NCBI GenBank assembly: GCA_030835925.1
Contig: JAURQW010000017.1
Location: 1 to 52,881, forward strand
Direction: 5' to 3'
Origin: Gammaproteobacteria bacterium
Lineage (GTDB): Bacteria > Pseudomonadota > Gammaproteobacteria > GCA-002705445 > GCA-002716945
DNA length: 52,881 nt
Each line of letters starts with the position of its first letter. The first letter of the stretch is position 1. This document shows, in pieces, positions 20,364-30,000 of the stretch. The translations under genes were made by a program, and so were the position numbers. Under the pieces are notes generated by a model. That model did no database searches. It was not told the DNA's origin and saw only the letters and a list, made by a program, of their open reading frames with translations.

Positions 20364-20908
20364 TAATTGGTGGCGTTGACGAAGCAGTTAAATTTCTCAA
20401 CAAGGGTGAATTAATTGGTTATCCAACCGAAGCAGTTTATGGGCTAGGGTGCGACCCATGGAATAAAGAGAGTGTCAATAAAATCTCTAAACTTAAAGGG
20501 AGAAGTCCTGATAAACCTTTTCTGATGGTTATTTCATCAAAAGATCAACTTGAAGATCTTGTTGATGTGAGTTCATTAACAGATAAAGTATGGAAGTCAT
20601 GGCCAGGACATACAACATGGCTAATTAAAGCTAAAGATTCTGTCCCATCATGGATGAAAGATAAACGAACTGGCAAAGTTGGCATAAGAATGTCTGAGCA
20701 TCCAGTTGTTGTTGATCTATGTAATTTATTCAAGAAACCTCTAATATCCACAAGCGCAAATATCAGTGGAAAATCAGAAATAAAAGACCCATTACTATTT
20801 AAAAAGACTTTTATGACAGAAATAAAATATCTGGTGGATGGTCGTCTAGGTAATTACGAGAAAACTAGTATAATAGTAGATATGGAGTCAGAGCAAAAAA
20901 TACGATGA
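20360..20908 (+). CDS. tsaC: L-threonylcarbamoyladenylate synthase, short YrdC type
   Basis: 182 aa. YrdC-domain motif YPTEAVYGLGCD, and SANISG. ATGA overlap with the topA stop. Confidence 0.8.
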   Translation: MIIGGVDEAVKFLNKGELIGYPTEAVYGLGCDPWNKESVNKISKLKGRSPDKPFLMVISSKDQLEDLVDVSSLTDKVWKSWPGHTTWLIKAKDSVPSWMKDKRTGKVGIRMSEHPVVVDLCNLFKKPLISTSANISGKSEIKDPLLFKKTFMTEIKYLVDGRLGNYEKTSIIVDMESEQKIR

Positions 20909-21792
20909 TACAAAAATCAAAAGAGTTTTTAGCGATTGAAAAAGTGTTTAAGAATCTTCAAAAAGAAATTATTCAAGCTTTTTCACTCATAGATCAGAAA
21001 TCCCACCTAAATCAAACTCAATGGAAATATAAATATGGAGGTGGAGGAAAAAGCTGTGAGATATCTGATGGGCATATAATAGAGAAAGGCATGGTGAATT
21101 ACTCCTCAATTGAAGGAAAAGTTTTACCAAATAGCGCATTAGCAAAAAAAAATAAAGGTTCCATTAAGAATTTTTTTGCAACTGGTGTTTCAGTAGTTAT
21201 TCATCCATGCAATCCTTATGTGCCATGTTCTCATTTGAATGTAAGGTACTTTGAAACAGATAAGAAAGATAAATGGTGGTTTGGCGGAGGCTATGATCTA
21301 ACCCCATATTTTGTATTTAAGGATGATATAAAACTATGGCATGATAATACTAAAAAAACATGCAACAAGTATAATAAAAAGTTTTATAGTGATTTCAGTA
21401 AACAGTGTGATGAATATTTTTATATTAAACATAGAAATGAAAAAAGAGGTGTCGGTGGAATATTTTATGATAATTTAAATGAGAAAGATAAAGTTTTTTA
21501 TAAGAGTTTTTCACAGGATGTAGCGTCAACATACTTGGACTCCTATTTAACTATAATGAAGAGAAGGAACAAAAAAAAATATAGCAAATCCCATAAAGAA
21601 TTTCAGCAGATAAGACGCGGTAGGTATGTAGAATTTAATTTGCTATACGATAGAGGAACAATATTTGGTCTTCAATCTGGTGGTAGACCAGAATCTATCT
21701 TAATGTCTATGCCGCCAAACGTTATGTGGAAAACTCATCTTGATAGTAAAACTCAAGAATTTGAAAATAAACTTAAGAAATTTTTAAGATGA
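20905..21792 (+). CDS. hemF: Oxygen-dependent coproporphyrinogen III oxidase
   Basis: 295 aa. Has HLNVRYFE, WWFGGGYDLTPY and RRGRYVEFNLLYDRGTIFGLQSGGR. Confidence 0.9.
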   Translation: MIQKSKEFLAIEKVFKNLQKEIIQAFSLIDQKSHLNQTQWKYKYGGGGKSCEISDGHIIEKGMVNYSSIEGKVLPNSALAKKNKGSIKNFFATGVSVVIHPCNPYVPCSHLNVRYFETDKKDKWWFGGGYDLTPYFVFKDDIKLWHDNTKKTCNKYNKKFYSDFSKQCDEYFYIKHRNEKRGVGGIFYDNLNEKDKVFYKSFSQDVASTYLDSYLTIMKRRNKKKYSKSHKEFQQIRRGRYVEFNLLYDRGTIFGLQSGGRPESILMSMPPNVMWKTHLDSKTQEFENKLKKFLR

Positions 21793-22260
21793 CAAAAGCT
21801 CATCTAGCAACTTATTATTTTTACCAATTTCGTCGCCTTTCAAATCTACAATTGCTGTTGTAAGTCTTGAAACACAATTTAACTTACCCTGATCATTCTT
21901 AATATCAATATTCCATACATGAACTGACCTTCCAAGGCTTGCAACAGTTGTTGTCCCAGTAACAAATCCACTAGAAACTGGCCTAACATGATTTGCATTA
22001 ATTTCTAAACCTACTGCTTTTTGTTTTCTCATGTCAATGCACATATTAGAAGCAATACTTCCAAGCGCTTCTGCTAACACACATGATGCGCCACCGTGTA
22101 AAATTCCCCTGGATTGTCTTGTATGATCCTCTACCGGCATCCTAGCAACGATATAATCAGAACCTAATTCTATAAATTCAATACCTAGGTGTTTATTCAA
22201 GTTGTTATTTCTTAGAGAGATAACATGATTAAGTGTAAATTTTTCGTGCCAGATAGACAT
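21784..22260 (-). CDS. Hotdog-fold thioesterase (PaaI/YbdB family)
   Basis: 158 aa. LHGGASCVLAEALGS motif, with a length typical of PaaI-type thioesterases. Confidence 0.7.
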   Translation of the reverse strand: MSIWHEKFTLNHVISLRNNNLNKHLGIEFIELGSDYIVARMPVEDHTRQSRGILHGGASCVLAEALGSIASNMCIDMRKQKAVGLEINANHVRPVSSGFVTGTTTVASLGRSVHVWNIDIKNDQGKLNCVSRLTTAIVDLKGDEIGKNNKLLDELLSS

Positions 22261-22336
22261 TTAGACTCCTTAGTGTTAATTCTAGATAGATTAATATAAC
22301 ATCTTCTCTTAAAATAAAAAGTGTTAGAATAATAAA

Positions 22337-23329
22337 ATGAAAAGAAAATTTCCAAATACACGATTACGCAGGCTTAGAACTAATAGTCCGATAAGGAACT
22401 TAATTAGAGAAAGCACACTGTCACAGAATGACCTAATTCAACCAATATTTCTTATAGAAGGTAATAATAAATCACAGAAAATTAAATCCATGCCCGAAAT
22501 AACTAGAATGTCAATTGACCTTGCTGTTAAGGAGATAAGGATTTTAAAAAAACTTGGTTTACAAGGTGTAGCGCTATTCCCATGTATACAAAATAAATTT
22601 AAAGACAAAACTGGTAGCGAGTCTTTTAACCCAAATGGTTTAATGCAAAGAGCCATAGAAAAGATTAAAAGTACAGTGAAAGATATTGCAATAATAAGTG
22701 ATGTCGCGCTCGACCCATATACTACACATGGTCAAGACGGAATTCTTGGTAAGAATGGTGAAATATTAAATGATGAAACTGTAGAGGTTTTAGTGAAACA
22801 AGCATTAAGCCATGCTAATTGTGGAGTAGATATAATTGCACCATCAGATATGATGGATGGAAGAATTAAAAGTATAAGGAAAGAGTTAGAAAAAAATAAA
22901 TTTGCAGATACAAAAATCTTGTCCTACTCAGCGAAATATTCATCTAATTATTATGGGCCATTTAGAGATGCAGTAGGGTCTGTTAAAAATCTTGGTAAGT
23001 CTAACAAAGATACTTATCAAATGGATTATGCTAACTCAAAAGATTCAATGCATGAAGTCGAAATGGATATAAATGAAGGTGCTGATATAGTAATGGTAAA
23101 ACCTGGAATGCCTTATCTGGATATAGTAAGTAAGATAAGTGAAAAATATCATGTGCCTATATTCATTTATCAGGTCAGTGGTGAGTATGCAATGATAAAA
23201 GCAGCTGCAAAAAACAACTGGTTGGATGAAAAAAAAGTAGTCATAGAAAGCTTACAATGTATGAAAAGATCTGGCGCTAATGCAATTATTACTTACTATG
23301 CTAAGGATGTTTTAAAATGGATGAAGTAA
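22337..23329 (+). CDS. hemB: Porphobilinogen synthase (Asp-rich, Zn-independent type)
   Basis: 330 aa. RLRRLR N-terminus and the Schiff-base Lys context VMVKPGMPYLD. The metal site reads DVALDPYTTHGQDG (Asp-rich, as in P. aeruginosa) rather than Cys-rich. Confidence 0.95.
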   Translation: MKRKFPNTRLRRLRTNSPIRNLIRESTLSQNDLIQPIFLIEGNNKSQKIKSMPEITRMSIDLAVKEIRILKKLGLQGVALFPCIQNKFKDKTGSESFNPNGLMQRAIEKIKSTVKDIAIISDVALDPYTTHGQDGILGKNGEILNDETVEVLVKQALSHANCGVDIIAPSDMMDGRIKSIRKELEKNKFADTKILSYSAKYSSNYYGPFRDAVGSVKNLGKSNKDTYQMDYANSKDSMHEVEMDINEGADIVMVKPGMPYLDIVSKISEKYHVPIFIYQVSGEYAMIKAAAKNNWLDEKKVVIESLQCMKRSGANAIITYYAKDVLKWMK

Positions 23330-24123
23330 AAAAGTTTTGTGTCATAGGTTTGCCGGTTAGTCATAGCTTATCCCCAATGATACATAAAGAATTTGCTAAA
23401 CAACAAGGTATTAATATTCAATACAAGATGATTGAACCAGATACAGAGGAACATTTTGAAACCCATGCTCAAAGTTTTTTTTCAAAAAAAGGATTTGGTG
23501 CAAATATTACTATCCCATTTAAAGAGCAAGCTTATAATTTTGCTAATAGTTATGATGAGTCTGCGATAGAATGTGAATGCGCTAATACATTAATGTTAAA
23601 AGAAAATGAAATAAGGGCTTTCAATACTGATGGTAGAGGCTTCATAAATGATTTTTATAATAAAGATATATCCTTATCAAAAAAAGATATCTTGATTCTA
23701 GGTGCTGGCGGCTCGGCCAAAAGTATAATTAATTCACTCGTAAAAGAAGATATTGGAAGTATCAATATTCTTACAAGAACTCCTGATAAGGCAATTCGGT
23801 TGATAGATAAATATAAAAAATCATCTGATATTAGAGTGTATAAAGATAATTCCAAATATGACATTATTGTTAACACAACACCGGTGAGCTTGATAAAAAA
23901 AGAAATCGATTTTCCAAGCTCAATCTTTAAAACTGACAGTCTTAGTTATGATCTTTTTTATTCTAAAAATAATACAATTTTTCAAGATTGGTCTGACAAT
24001 AATGGTGCTATAAAATCTTATAATGGTCTTGGCATGTTGATTGAACAAGCTGCTTTGTCATTTAACATATGGAATGATTTTAAGCCCATCACAGATGGAA
24101 TAAGTAAAAAACTAGGTTTCTAA
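23317..24123 (+). CDS. aroE: Shikimate dehydrogenase
   Basis: 268 aa. GLPVSHSLSPMIHK substrate motif, NTDG, and the GAGGSAKS Rossmann motif. Confidence 0.85.
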   Translation: MDEVKKFCVIGLPVSHSLSPMIHKEFAKQQGINIQYKMIEPDTEEHFETHAQSFFSKKGFGANITIPFKEQAYNFANSYDESAIECECANTLMLKENEIRAFNTDGRGFINDFYNKDISLSKKDILILGAGGSAKSIINSLVKEDIGSINILTRTPDKAIRLIDKYKKSSDIRVYKDNSKYDIIVNTTPVSLIKKEIDFPSSIFKTDSLSYDLFYSKNNTIFQDWSDNNGAIKSYNGLGMLIEQAALSFNIWNDFKPITDGISKKLGF

Positions 24124-24645
24124 ATTCATATATTGATTTTTTAGATCCACATATCCTTTTGCAGAGTATGATAAAAATTCCATTTCTCGCTCAGACAATT
24201 CTCTTAATTTTTTTGCAGGACTGCCAACGTATAAAAATCCACTTTCTAATTCTTTTCCAGGGCCAACTAATGCCCCAGCAGCAAGCATACAATTAGAGTT
24301 TATAACAGCACCGTCTAGGATAATACTTCCCATACCTATCAATACCGTGTCTTTAATGGTACATGCGTGTATAACTGCAGAATGACCAACGGTGACATCA
24401 TTGCCGATGGACAAGGAATACCCAGAAGGGCAAAAGTCACTAGCATGCGTAACATGTAATATTGAACCATCTTGTATATTAGTCCTATCACCTATTGTAA
24501 TAGAATTTATATCACCTCTAACAACAACTTGAGGCCATATCGCGCTATCTTGGCCAATTTTGACATTACCTATAACTGTAGATTGTTCATCAATATATGC
24601 CGTCTCATGAATTTCAGGATTAATATTATTAAAGCTTCTTATCAT
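24112..24645 (-). CDS. Gamma-class carbonic anhydrase-like left-handed beta-helix protein (YrdA/PaaY family)
   Basis: 177 aa. Hexapeptide repeats throughout, with His ligand contexts (RGD...I, ILHVTH, GHSAVIH). In E. coli a yrdA homolog also lies near aroE. Confidence 0.8.
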   Translation of the reverse strand: MIRSFNNINPEIHETAYIDEQSTVIGNVKIGQDSAIWPQVVVRGDINSITIGDRTNIQDGSILHVTHASDFCPSGYSLSIGNDVTVGHSAVIHACTIKDTVLIGMGSIILDGAVINSNCMLAAGALVGPGKELESGFLYVGSPAKKLRELSEREMEFLSYSAKGYVDLKNQYMNLET

Positions 24646-24713
24646 CTTATCTATTCCTTTTCATAAAGTTACCATATATTATAGTCATAAAATTAATTAC
24701 TAGGGATATATTT

Positions 24714-25262
24714 ATGTCAGAAAAAATTATTATGAGAGTTGGAGAATCATTAGTAGCTGGAGGTCCAGCAGGAACTGCTGCAGAACCTGAGATAGTTATT
24801 GGTGAATTAGATGGTCCATTTGGAACTGCATTTGCTAATTTAATTGGTGATCAGGCAAAAGGACACTCTAAAGTATTAGCTATTATGAATACAGATATAA
24901 TGGTAAAGCCAGCTACTTTAATGGTTAGCAAAGTAACGGTTAACAATAATAGATATACAAATATCTTGATGGGCACAGTTCAAGCAGCCATAGCAAATGG
25001 TGTTCTTGATTCTGTAAGAAATGGTGATATTCCTAAAGAGAAAGCAAATGAGCTTGGCATCATCGTGTCAGTATGGCTTAATCCATCAGTTGCCACTGAT
25101 GATAAACTTGACCATAAAATATTATTTGATATTCATAGAAAGGCTACATCCCAAGCAATACACAAGGCAATGAATAATGAGCCAAGCATAGAGTGGCTGC
25201 TTGATAATCAAGAATCAATAATCCATAAATACTTTCAGATGGGTTTAGATGGCAAGATTTAG
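24714..25262 (+). CDS. Formaldehyde-activating enzyme (Fae) family protein
   Basis: 182 aa. Blocks align by eye with my recollection of Methylobacterium Fae: VGESLVAGG, IVIGELDGPFGTAF, KPATLMVSKVTV, GIIVSVWLNP and AIHKAMNNEP. Confidence 0.65.
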   Translation: MSEKIIMRVGESLVAGGPAGTAAEPEIVIGELDGPFGTAFANLIGDQAKGHSKVLAIMNTDIMVKPATLMVSKVTVNNNRYTNILMGTVQAAIANGVLDSVRNGDIPKEKANELGIIVSVWLNPSVATDDKLDHKILFDIHRKATSQAIHKAMNNEPSIEWLLDNQESIIHKYFQMGLDGKI

Positions 25263-25265
25263 TTA

Positions 25266-26117
25266 ATGACATCAAAATATAAATTATATATGCAGTTGAT
25301 GCGCATAGATAAACCAATAGGTTTTTTGTTGTTAATGTGGCCTGTATTATGGGCTTTTTTAATCTCTTCAGATGGCTCGCCAAATATATTTTATATGATT
25401 ATTTTTGCTTTTGGTATTATCTTCACGCGCTCCGCTGGATGCATAATTAATGATTATTTCGATCAAGATTTTGACTCAAAAGTAGAAAGAACAAAAAATA
25501 GAGTACTAGCAACCAAAGAAGTCTCTAACCAAGAAGCATTAATATTATTTGGATTAATGATTATTCTATCATTTGTATTGTTACTCATGTTAGAAATGAA
25601 GATCATTATGTTTGCTATCTTCTCGTTTTTTTTGCTAATAATTTATCCGTTAAGCAAAAGATACTTTAAAATACCTCAGCTAATTTTAGGTATGGCATTT
25701 GGATCAAGTATACCAATGGTCTTTATCTTAGAAAAAGGCCAGATAGATTTTGACTGTATACTTTTATATATTCTGACTATCGCATGGGCGATAGTCTATG
25801 ATACATATTATGCAATGGCTGATAAGAAAGATGATAAAAAGATAGGCGTTAAATCATCGGCCATTTTTTTTGGTGAAAATGATATACGATATGCATTAAA
25901 TATTCATTATTTTGTTCTAATGTGTTTTATTACCTTAGGAATAATAAACAGTTTCAATTTGATATATTATGTATTTTTACTAATTTCACTATTATCAGTC
26001 ATTTATCAACACTTATTAGTTGTATCAAGAAAACCTTACCAATGCGTATCTGCTTTTGAAAATAATAATATATTTGGATTAATAATTACTTTTGGTCTAC
26101 TATTTACTTATATTTGA
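25266..26117 (+). CDS. ubiA: 4-hydroxybenzoate polyprenyltransferase
   Basis: 283 aa polytopic membrane protein. First Asp-rich motif NDYFDQDFD and second motif [13 protein letters not shown]. Confidence 0.85.
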   Translation: MTSKYKLYMQLMRIDKPIGFLLLMWPVLWAFLISSDGSPNIFYMIIFAFGIIFTRSAGCIINDYFDQDFDSKVERTKNRVLATKEVSNQEALILFGLMIILSFVLLLMLEMKIIMFAIFSFFLLIIYPLSKRYFKIPQLILGMAFGSSIPMVFILEKGQIDFDCILLYILTIAWAIVYDTYYAMADKKDDKKIGVKSSAIFFGENDIRYALNIHYFVLMCFITLGIINSFNLIYYVFLLISLLSVIYQHLLVVSRKPYQCVSAFENNNIFGLIITFGLLFTYI

Positions 26118-27148
26118 TGAAAATGAAAAATACCGATATAAAAAATAATTGGACCACAAAAGAATTGAAAGATATTTATGATCTCCCGTTTAATGATCTG
26201 CTATGGAAAGCACAATCGGTACATCGTAAATATCATAATCCAAATGAAATACAAATATCCACACTAATGTCTATAAAAACCGGGGGTTGCCCTGAAGACT
26301 GCAAGTACTGCTCTCAAAGCATAAGATATGACACGGATATAAATCTTGAAAAAACTTTACCTCTCTCAGATATTATTAAACAAGCAAAAAATGCTAAAGA
26401 TAATGGTGCGTCAAGATTCTGCATGGGAGCAGCATGGAGAAATCTAACTCAGAGTAATCTTGCTAAAGTAAAAGAGATGGTCAAAGAAGTTAAAGCCCTG
26501 GGTCTTGAGACTTGCGTTACGTTGGGTATGCTAACTGGCACACAAGCTGATGAATTGAAAAACGTTGGACTAGATTACTATAATCATAATCTAGATACAT
26601 CAGAAGAGTACTATAAAAAAGTAGTCACAACTAGAACATATCAAGACAGATTGGATACGTTGCAACATGTTAGAGATGCAGGAATAAAAGTATGTAGCGG
26701 TGGAATCTTAGGTTTAGGCGAAGAGAATATAGATAGAATTGAATTAGTGAGAGTGCTTGCAAATCTGGATATGCATCCAGAATCAGTTCCCATAAACAGA
26801 CTGGTTAGAGTGGAAGGAACACCATATTTTGATAATAATGATGTAGACGAATTTGATTTTATTAGAGTTATAGCACTAGCAAGGATAGCTATGCCTAGAT
26901 CATTTGTAAGGTTATCAGCTGGAAGAGATACAATGAATGATCATATGCAAGCTATGTGTTTTTTAGCAGGAGCTAATTCCATTTTTTATGGAGAAGAATT
27001 ATTAACTACAAAAAATTCGACTATTGAGCATGATCAGAAACTATTGAAAAATCTCAAAATAAAAACAATGCCTGTTGATGATTCTGAAATATTAGAAGTT
27101 GAACAGAAAAAACTTGAAGACATTAGTATAGCTGTCAAGAATATTTAA
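26117..27148 (+). CDS. bioB: Biotin synthase
   Basis: Radical-SAM motif [11 protein letters not shown], plus FCMGAAWR and YNHNLDTS. The ATG at 26117 is preferred over the TTG at 26114, giving a TGATG overlap with the ubiA stop. Confidence 0.9.
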   Translation: MKMKNTDIKNNWTTKELKDIYDLPFNDLLWKAQSVHRKYHNPNEIQISTLMSIKTGGCPEDCKYCSQSIRYDTDINLEKTLPLSDIIKQAKNAKDNGASRFCMGAAWRNLTQSNLAKVKEMVKEVKALGLETCVTLGMLTGTQADELKNVGLDYYNHNLDTSEEYYKKVVTTRTYQDRLDTLQHVRDAGIKVCSGGILGLGEENIDRIELVRVLANLDMHPESVPINRLVRVEGTPYFDNNDVDEFDFIRVIALARIAMPRSFVRLSAGRDTMNDHMQAMCFLAGANSIFYGEELLTTKNSTIEHDQKLLKNLKIKTMPVDDSEILEVEQKKLEDISIAVKNI

Positions 27149-27165
27149 TATAGTATAACGCTGAA

Positions 27166-28323
27166 GTGACAGATTATAAAAAAACAATCCAGCAACTCAA
27201 AAAAGAAGGTCGCTACAGAAAAAGAATACCAACTAGGTCACCTCAAGATGTATATTTAAAAGTTAATAATAGAAATCTTAGTAATTTTTCTAGCAATAAT
27301 TATCTAAATCTTGCAAACTCATCATATTTAAAAAATCAATTCAAAACTAATATATCAAAATATGGTATTGGCTCGAGTTCATCACCACTTATCAGTGGAT
27401 ATAGTATAGCTCATTTAAATTTAGAGAAAAGAATATCAAAACTACTAGGGTTTGAGTCAACACTCGTAACAAATTCTGGTTATCTTTCAAATGTTGGCTT
27501 ATTAAATGCAGTGTCAAAAAATAAGATTGATGTTTTCCAAGATAGGGAAAATCATAATTCTATTATTGAAAGCTCTAGATTATCAAATACTAAGTTAACA
27601 AGGTACCAGCATCTAAATTATGAGGATCTAGAAGAGAAGATTTCAGCTAGTGATTCTAAAGATAAAATTATTTTTGCTGATAGTGTTTTTAGCATGACAG
27701 GTGAAAAATCTGATCTTATAAAACTTTCATTGATTGCTAAGAAATATAAATGTTTACTATTTATAGATGATGCTCATGGCTTTGGGGTAAGCGCATATGA
27801 TAATAGGATTTTCCCAAGTTCAATAAATGGTTTAGACAAAAGAAAATTAAATATAGATGCATATATTGGAACTTTTGGAAAAGCTATAGGGACCTTTGGT
27901 GCTTTCATATCAGGATCTAAAAATTTAATTGATTTATTGATCCAAAAATCTAAACCTTATGTTTACTCAACAGCATTACCGCCGGCATTAGCAAGCACTA
28001 CTTTGGATAGTATTAATTATATAATGAAAAATAAATCAATCACAAAGAAGCTTGAAAGTAATATAAACTTCTTTAAAGATTTAGCTGGTCAAAATAATAT
28101 CAACATTGGTTTTTCTAATTCACCAATTCAAACTATACACATAGGTGATCCAAAAAGAGTTATGAGTATATATAAGAAAGCTCAAATGAAAAATATTTAT
28201 ATTCAAGCAATAAGATATCCTACTGTACCATTAAATAAGGATCTTATAAGGATCAATTTAACTAGCGATCATAACAAAAAACAAATACAATCTTTAATAG
28301 AATTTTTAAAAAAAGTACAATGA
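27166..28323 (+). CDS. bioF: 8-amino-7-oxononanoate synthase
   Basis: 385 aa with a GTG start. Class-II aminotransferase motifs DDAHGFG and PLP-Lys GTFGKAIG. Position directly after bioB. Confidence 0.75.
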   Translation: MTDYKKTIQQLKKEGRYRKRIPTRSPQDVYLKVNNRNLSNFSSNNYLNLANSSYLKNQFKTNISKYGIGSSSSPLISGYSIAHLNLEKRISKLLGFESTLVTNSGYLSNVGLLNAVSKNKIDVFQDRENHNSIIESSRLSNTKLTRYQHLNYEDLEEKISASDSKDKIIFADSVFSMTGEKSDLIKLSLIAKKYKCLLFIDDAHGFGVSAYDNRIFPSSINGLDKRKLNIDAYIGTFGKAIGTFGAFISGSKNLIDLLIQKSKPYVYSTALPPALASTTLDSINYIMKNKSITKKLESNINFFKDLAGQNNINIGFSNSPIQTIHIGDPKRVMSIYKKAQMKNIYIQAIRYPTVPLNKDLIRINLTSDHNKKQIQSLIEFLKKVQ

Positions 28324-28329
28324 TGAATA

Positions 28330-29559
28330 ATGGACATACTTACGAATAAAAATGTTTTACTTGGAATCACAGGTAGTATAGCGGCATATAAAGCTGCTGA
28401 TATATCGAGCCGGCTTAAGAAAGAAGGTTGTAATGTTAGGGTCGTAATGACAAAGAGTTCAGAGCTATTTATAACAGAAACAACCTTAGAATCTTTATCA
28501 GGCAATAAAGTCATTAGTGAGGATGAACATTCAAGCACACTCAGTAATTTTGAACACTTAGATATTGCCAAGTGGGCAGATATTATTCTAATTTCGCCAT
28601 GTACAGCTAACTTTATGAACAAGCTTGCAAATGGCCATGGTGATGATCTCCTCTCTACTATATGCTTAGCGTTCACTAAAAAAATATTTATCGCTCCTGC
28701 TATGAACCCAGACATGTGGAATAATAAAGTAAGCCAGTCCAGTGTTAGAAAATTAAAAGAAGCAGATATCAATATTATCGGTCCTAACTATGGTACACAT
28801 GCGTGTGGCGATATAGGTTATGGAAGGATGACAAGTCCTGAGCAGATTATAGAGGATATTAAAGGCCAAAATAAGTCATCTTTACTTTCAGGTAAAAGAG
28901 TACTTGTAACTGCAGGGCCAACAAGAGAACCAATAGATCCTGTTAGATTTATGAGTAACTATAGCTCGGGTAAAATGGGTTATGAGGTTGCACTTGCTGC
29001 TAAAGTTATGGGGGCTTCAGTTAAGTTAATATCAGGACCAGTATCATTGGATCCTATCAAAGATATTAAAATAGAGTATGTCGAGACTTCTGAAGAGATG
29101 TATCAAAATGTTATGTCTAATGCAAAAAATTTTGACATTCTAATATCGACTGCAGCAATTGCTGACTATAAGCCTGCCAATTATTCTAAAACTAAATATA
29201 AAAAATATGAAAATAATATTTCTATAGAGTTCACTAGAGGGGCTGATATAATCAGTTCAGTCTCAGAGAAATATAAAGATCTATTTACAGTTGGCTTTGC
29301 AGCAGAAACTGATTCTCTCAAAAAAAATGCTGAAGATAAACTGATAAAAAAGAATTTAGATATGATTGTTGGGAATATTGCCAATCATGAGTTAAAACTA
29401 GGTTTTGAATCTGATTTTAACAAAGTCACGATATTTACTAAAGAGAAAGTAATTGAGATCCCAGAGGCTAAAAAATCAGAGATTGCTATAAAAATCCTAA
29501 ATATTGTAGCAGAAGAATTTTCCTCAAAGATAGGCTTAGTAAATAAAAATGTTAAATGA
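28330..29559 (+). CDS. coaBC: Bifunctional phosphopantothenoylcysteine decarboxylase / phosphopantothenate-cysteine ligase
   Basis: 409 aa. N-terminal flavoprotein motif LLGITGSIAAYKA, and CoaB motif TAGPTREPIDPVRFMSNYSSGKMG. Confidence 0.9.
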   Translation: MDILTNKNVLLGITGSIAAYKAADISSRLKKEGCNVRVVMTKSSELFITETTLESLSGNKVISEDEHSSTLSNFEHLDIAKWADIILISPCTANFMNKLANGHGDDLLSTICLAFTKKIFIAPAMNPDMWNNKVSQSSVRKLKEADINIIGPNYGTHACGDIGYGRMTSPEQIIEDIKGQNKSSLLSGKRVLVTAGPTREPIDPVRFMSNYSSGKMGYEVALAAKVMGASVKLISGPVSLDPIKDIKIEYVETSEEMYQNVMSNAKNFDILISTAAIADYKPANYSKTKYKKYENNISIEFTRGADIISSVSEKYKDLFTVGFAAETDSLKKNAEDKLIKKNLDMIVGNIANHELKLGFESDFNKVTIFTKEKVIEIPEAKKSEIAIKILNIVAEEFSSKIGLVNKNVK

Positions 29560-29998
29560 AGTTAAAATAAAATTACTAGACGAAAAATTAAAAGATAAAC
29601 CAACTTTTTCAACAAAGGGTTCTGCTGGCCTAGACTTAAGGGCTTCATTAGAATCTGAACTTATCTTAAAAAGCAATAAAACTGAATTGATACCAACCGG
29701 GATATCAATCCATATAGAAAATCAATCATATGCTGGTTTAATACTTCCAAGGTCAGGGCTAGGGCATAACCATGGCATTGTCTTAGGAAACCTTGTAGGA
29801 TTAATTGATTCTGACTACCAAGGACAGTTATTCGTATCTTGCTGGAATAGGAGCGATGTTGACTATAAAATTGAACCATATGATAGAATAGCTCAACTAA
29901 TCTTTATAACCGTAGACCAGCCTAAACTAAAAATTGTTGATACATTTGAAAAATCTATACGGGGCTCCGATGGTTTCGGCTCATCAGGGAAAAAATAA
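29549..29998 (+). CDS. dut: dUTP diphosphatase
   Basis: 149 aa. Five dUTPase motifs, including GSAGLDL, PRSGLG, GLIDSDYQG and RGSDGFGSSG. Confidence 0.95.
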   Translation: MLNEVKIKLLDEKLKDKPTFSTKGSAGLDLRASLESELILKSNKTELIPTGISIHIENQSYAGLILPRSGLGHNHGIVLGNLVGLIDSDYQGQLFVSCWNRSDVDYKIEPYDRIAQLIFITVDQPKLKIVDTFEKSIRGSDGFGSSGKK

Positions 29999-30000
29999 TA

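Noticed and set aside
28269-28772. 167-aa minus-strand ORF spanning the bioF/coaBC junction.
   Set aside because: It is antisense to the well-supported coaBC flavoprotein domain and has no motifs. It is typical of the stop-poor antisense frame in AT-rich coding DNA.
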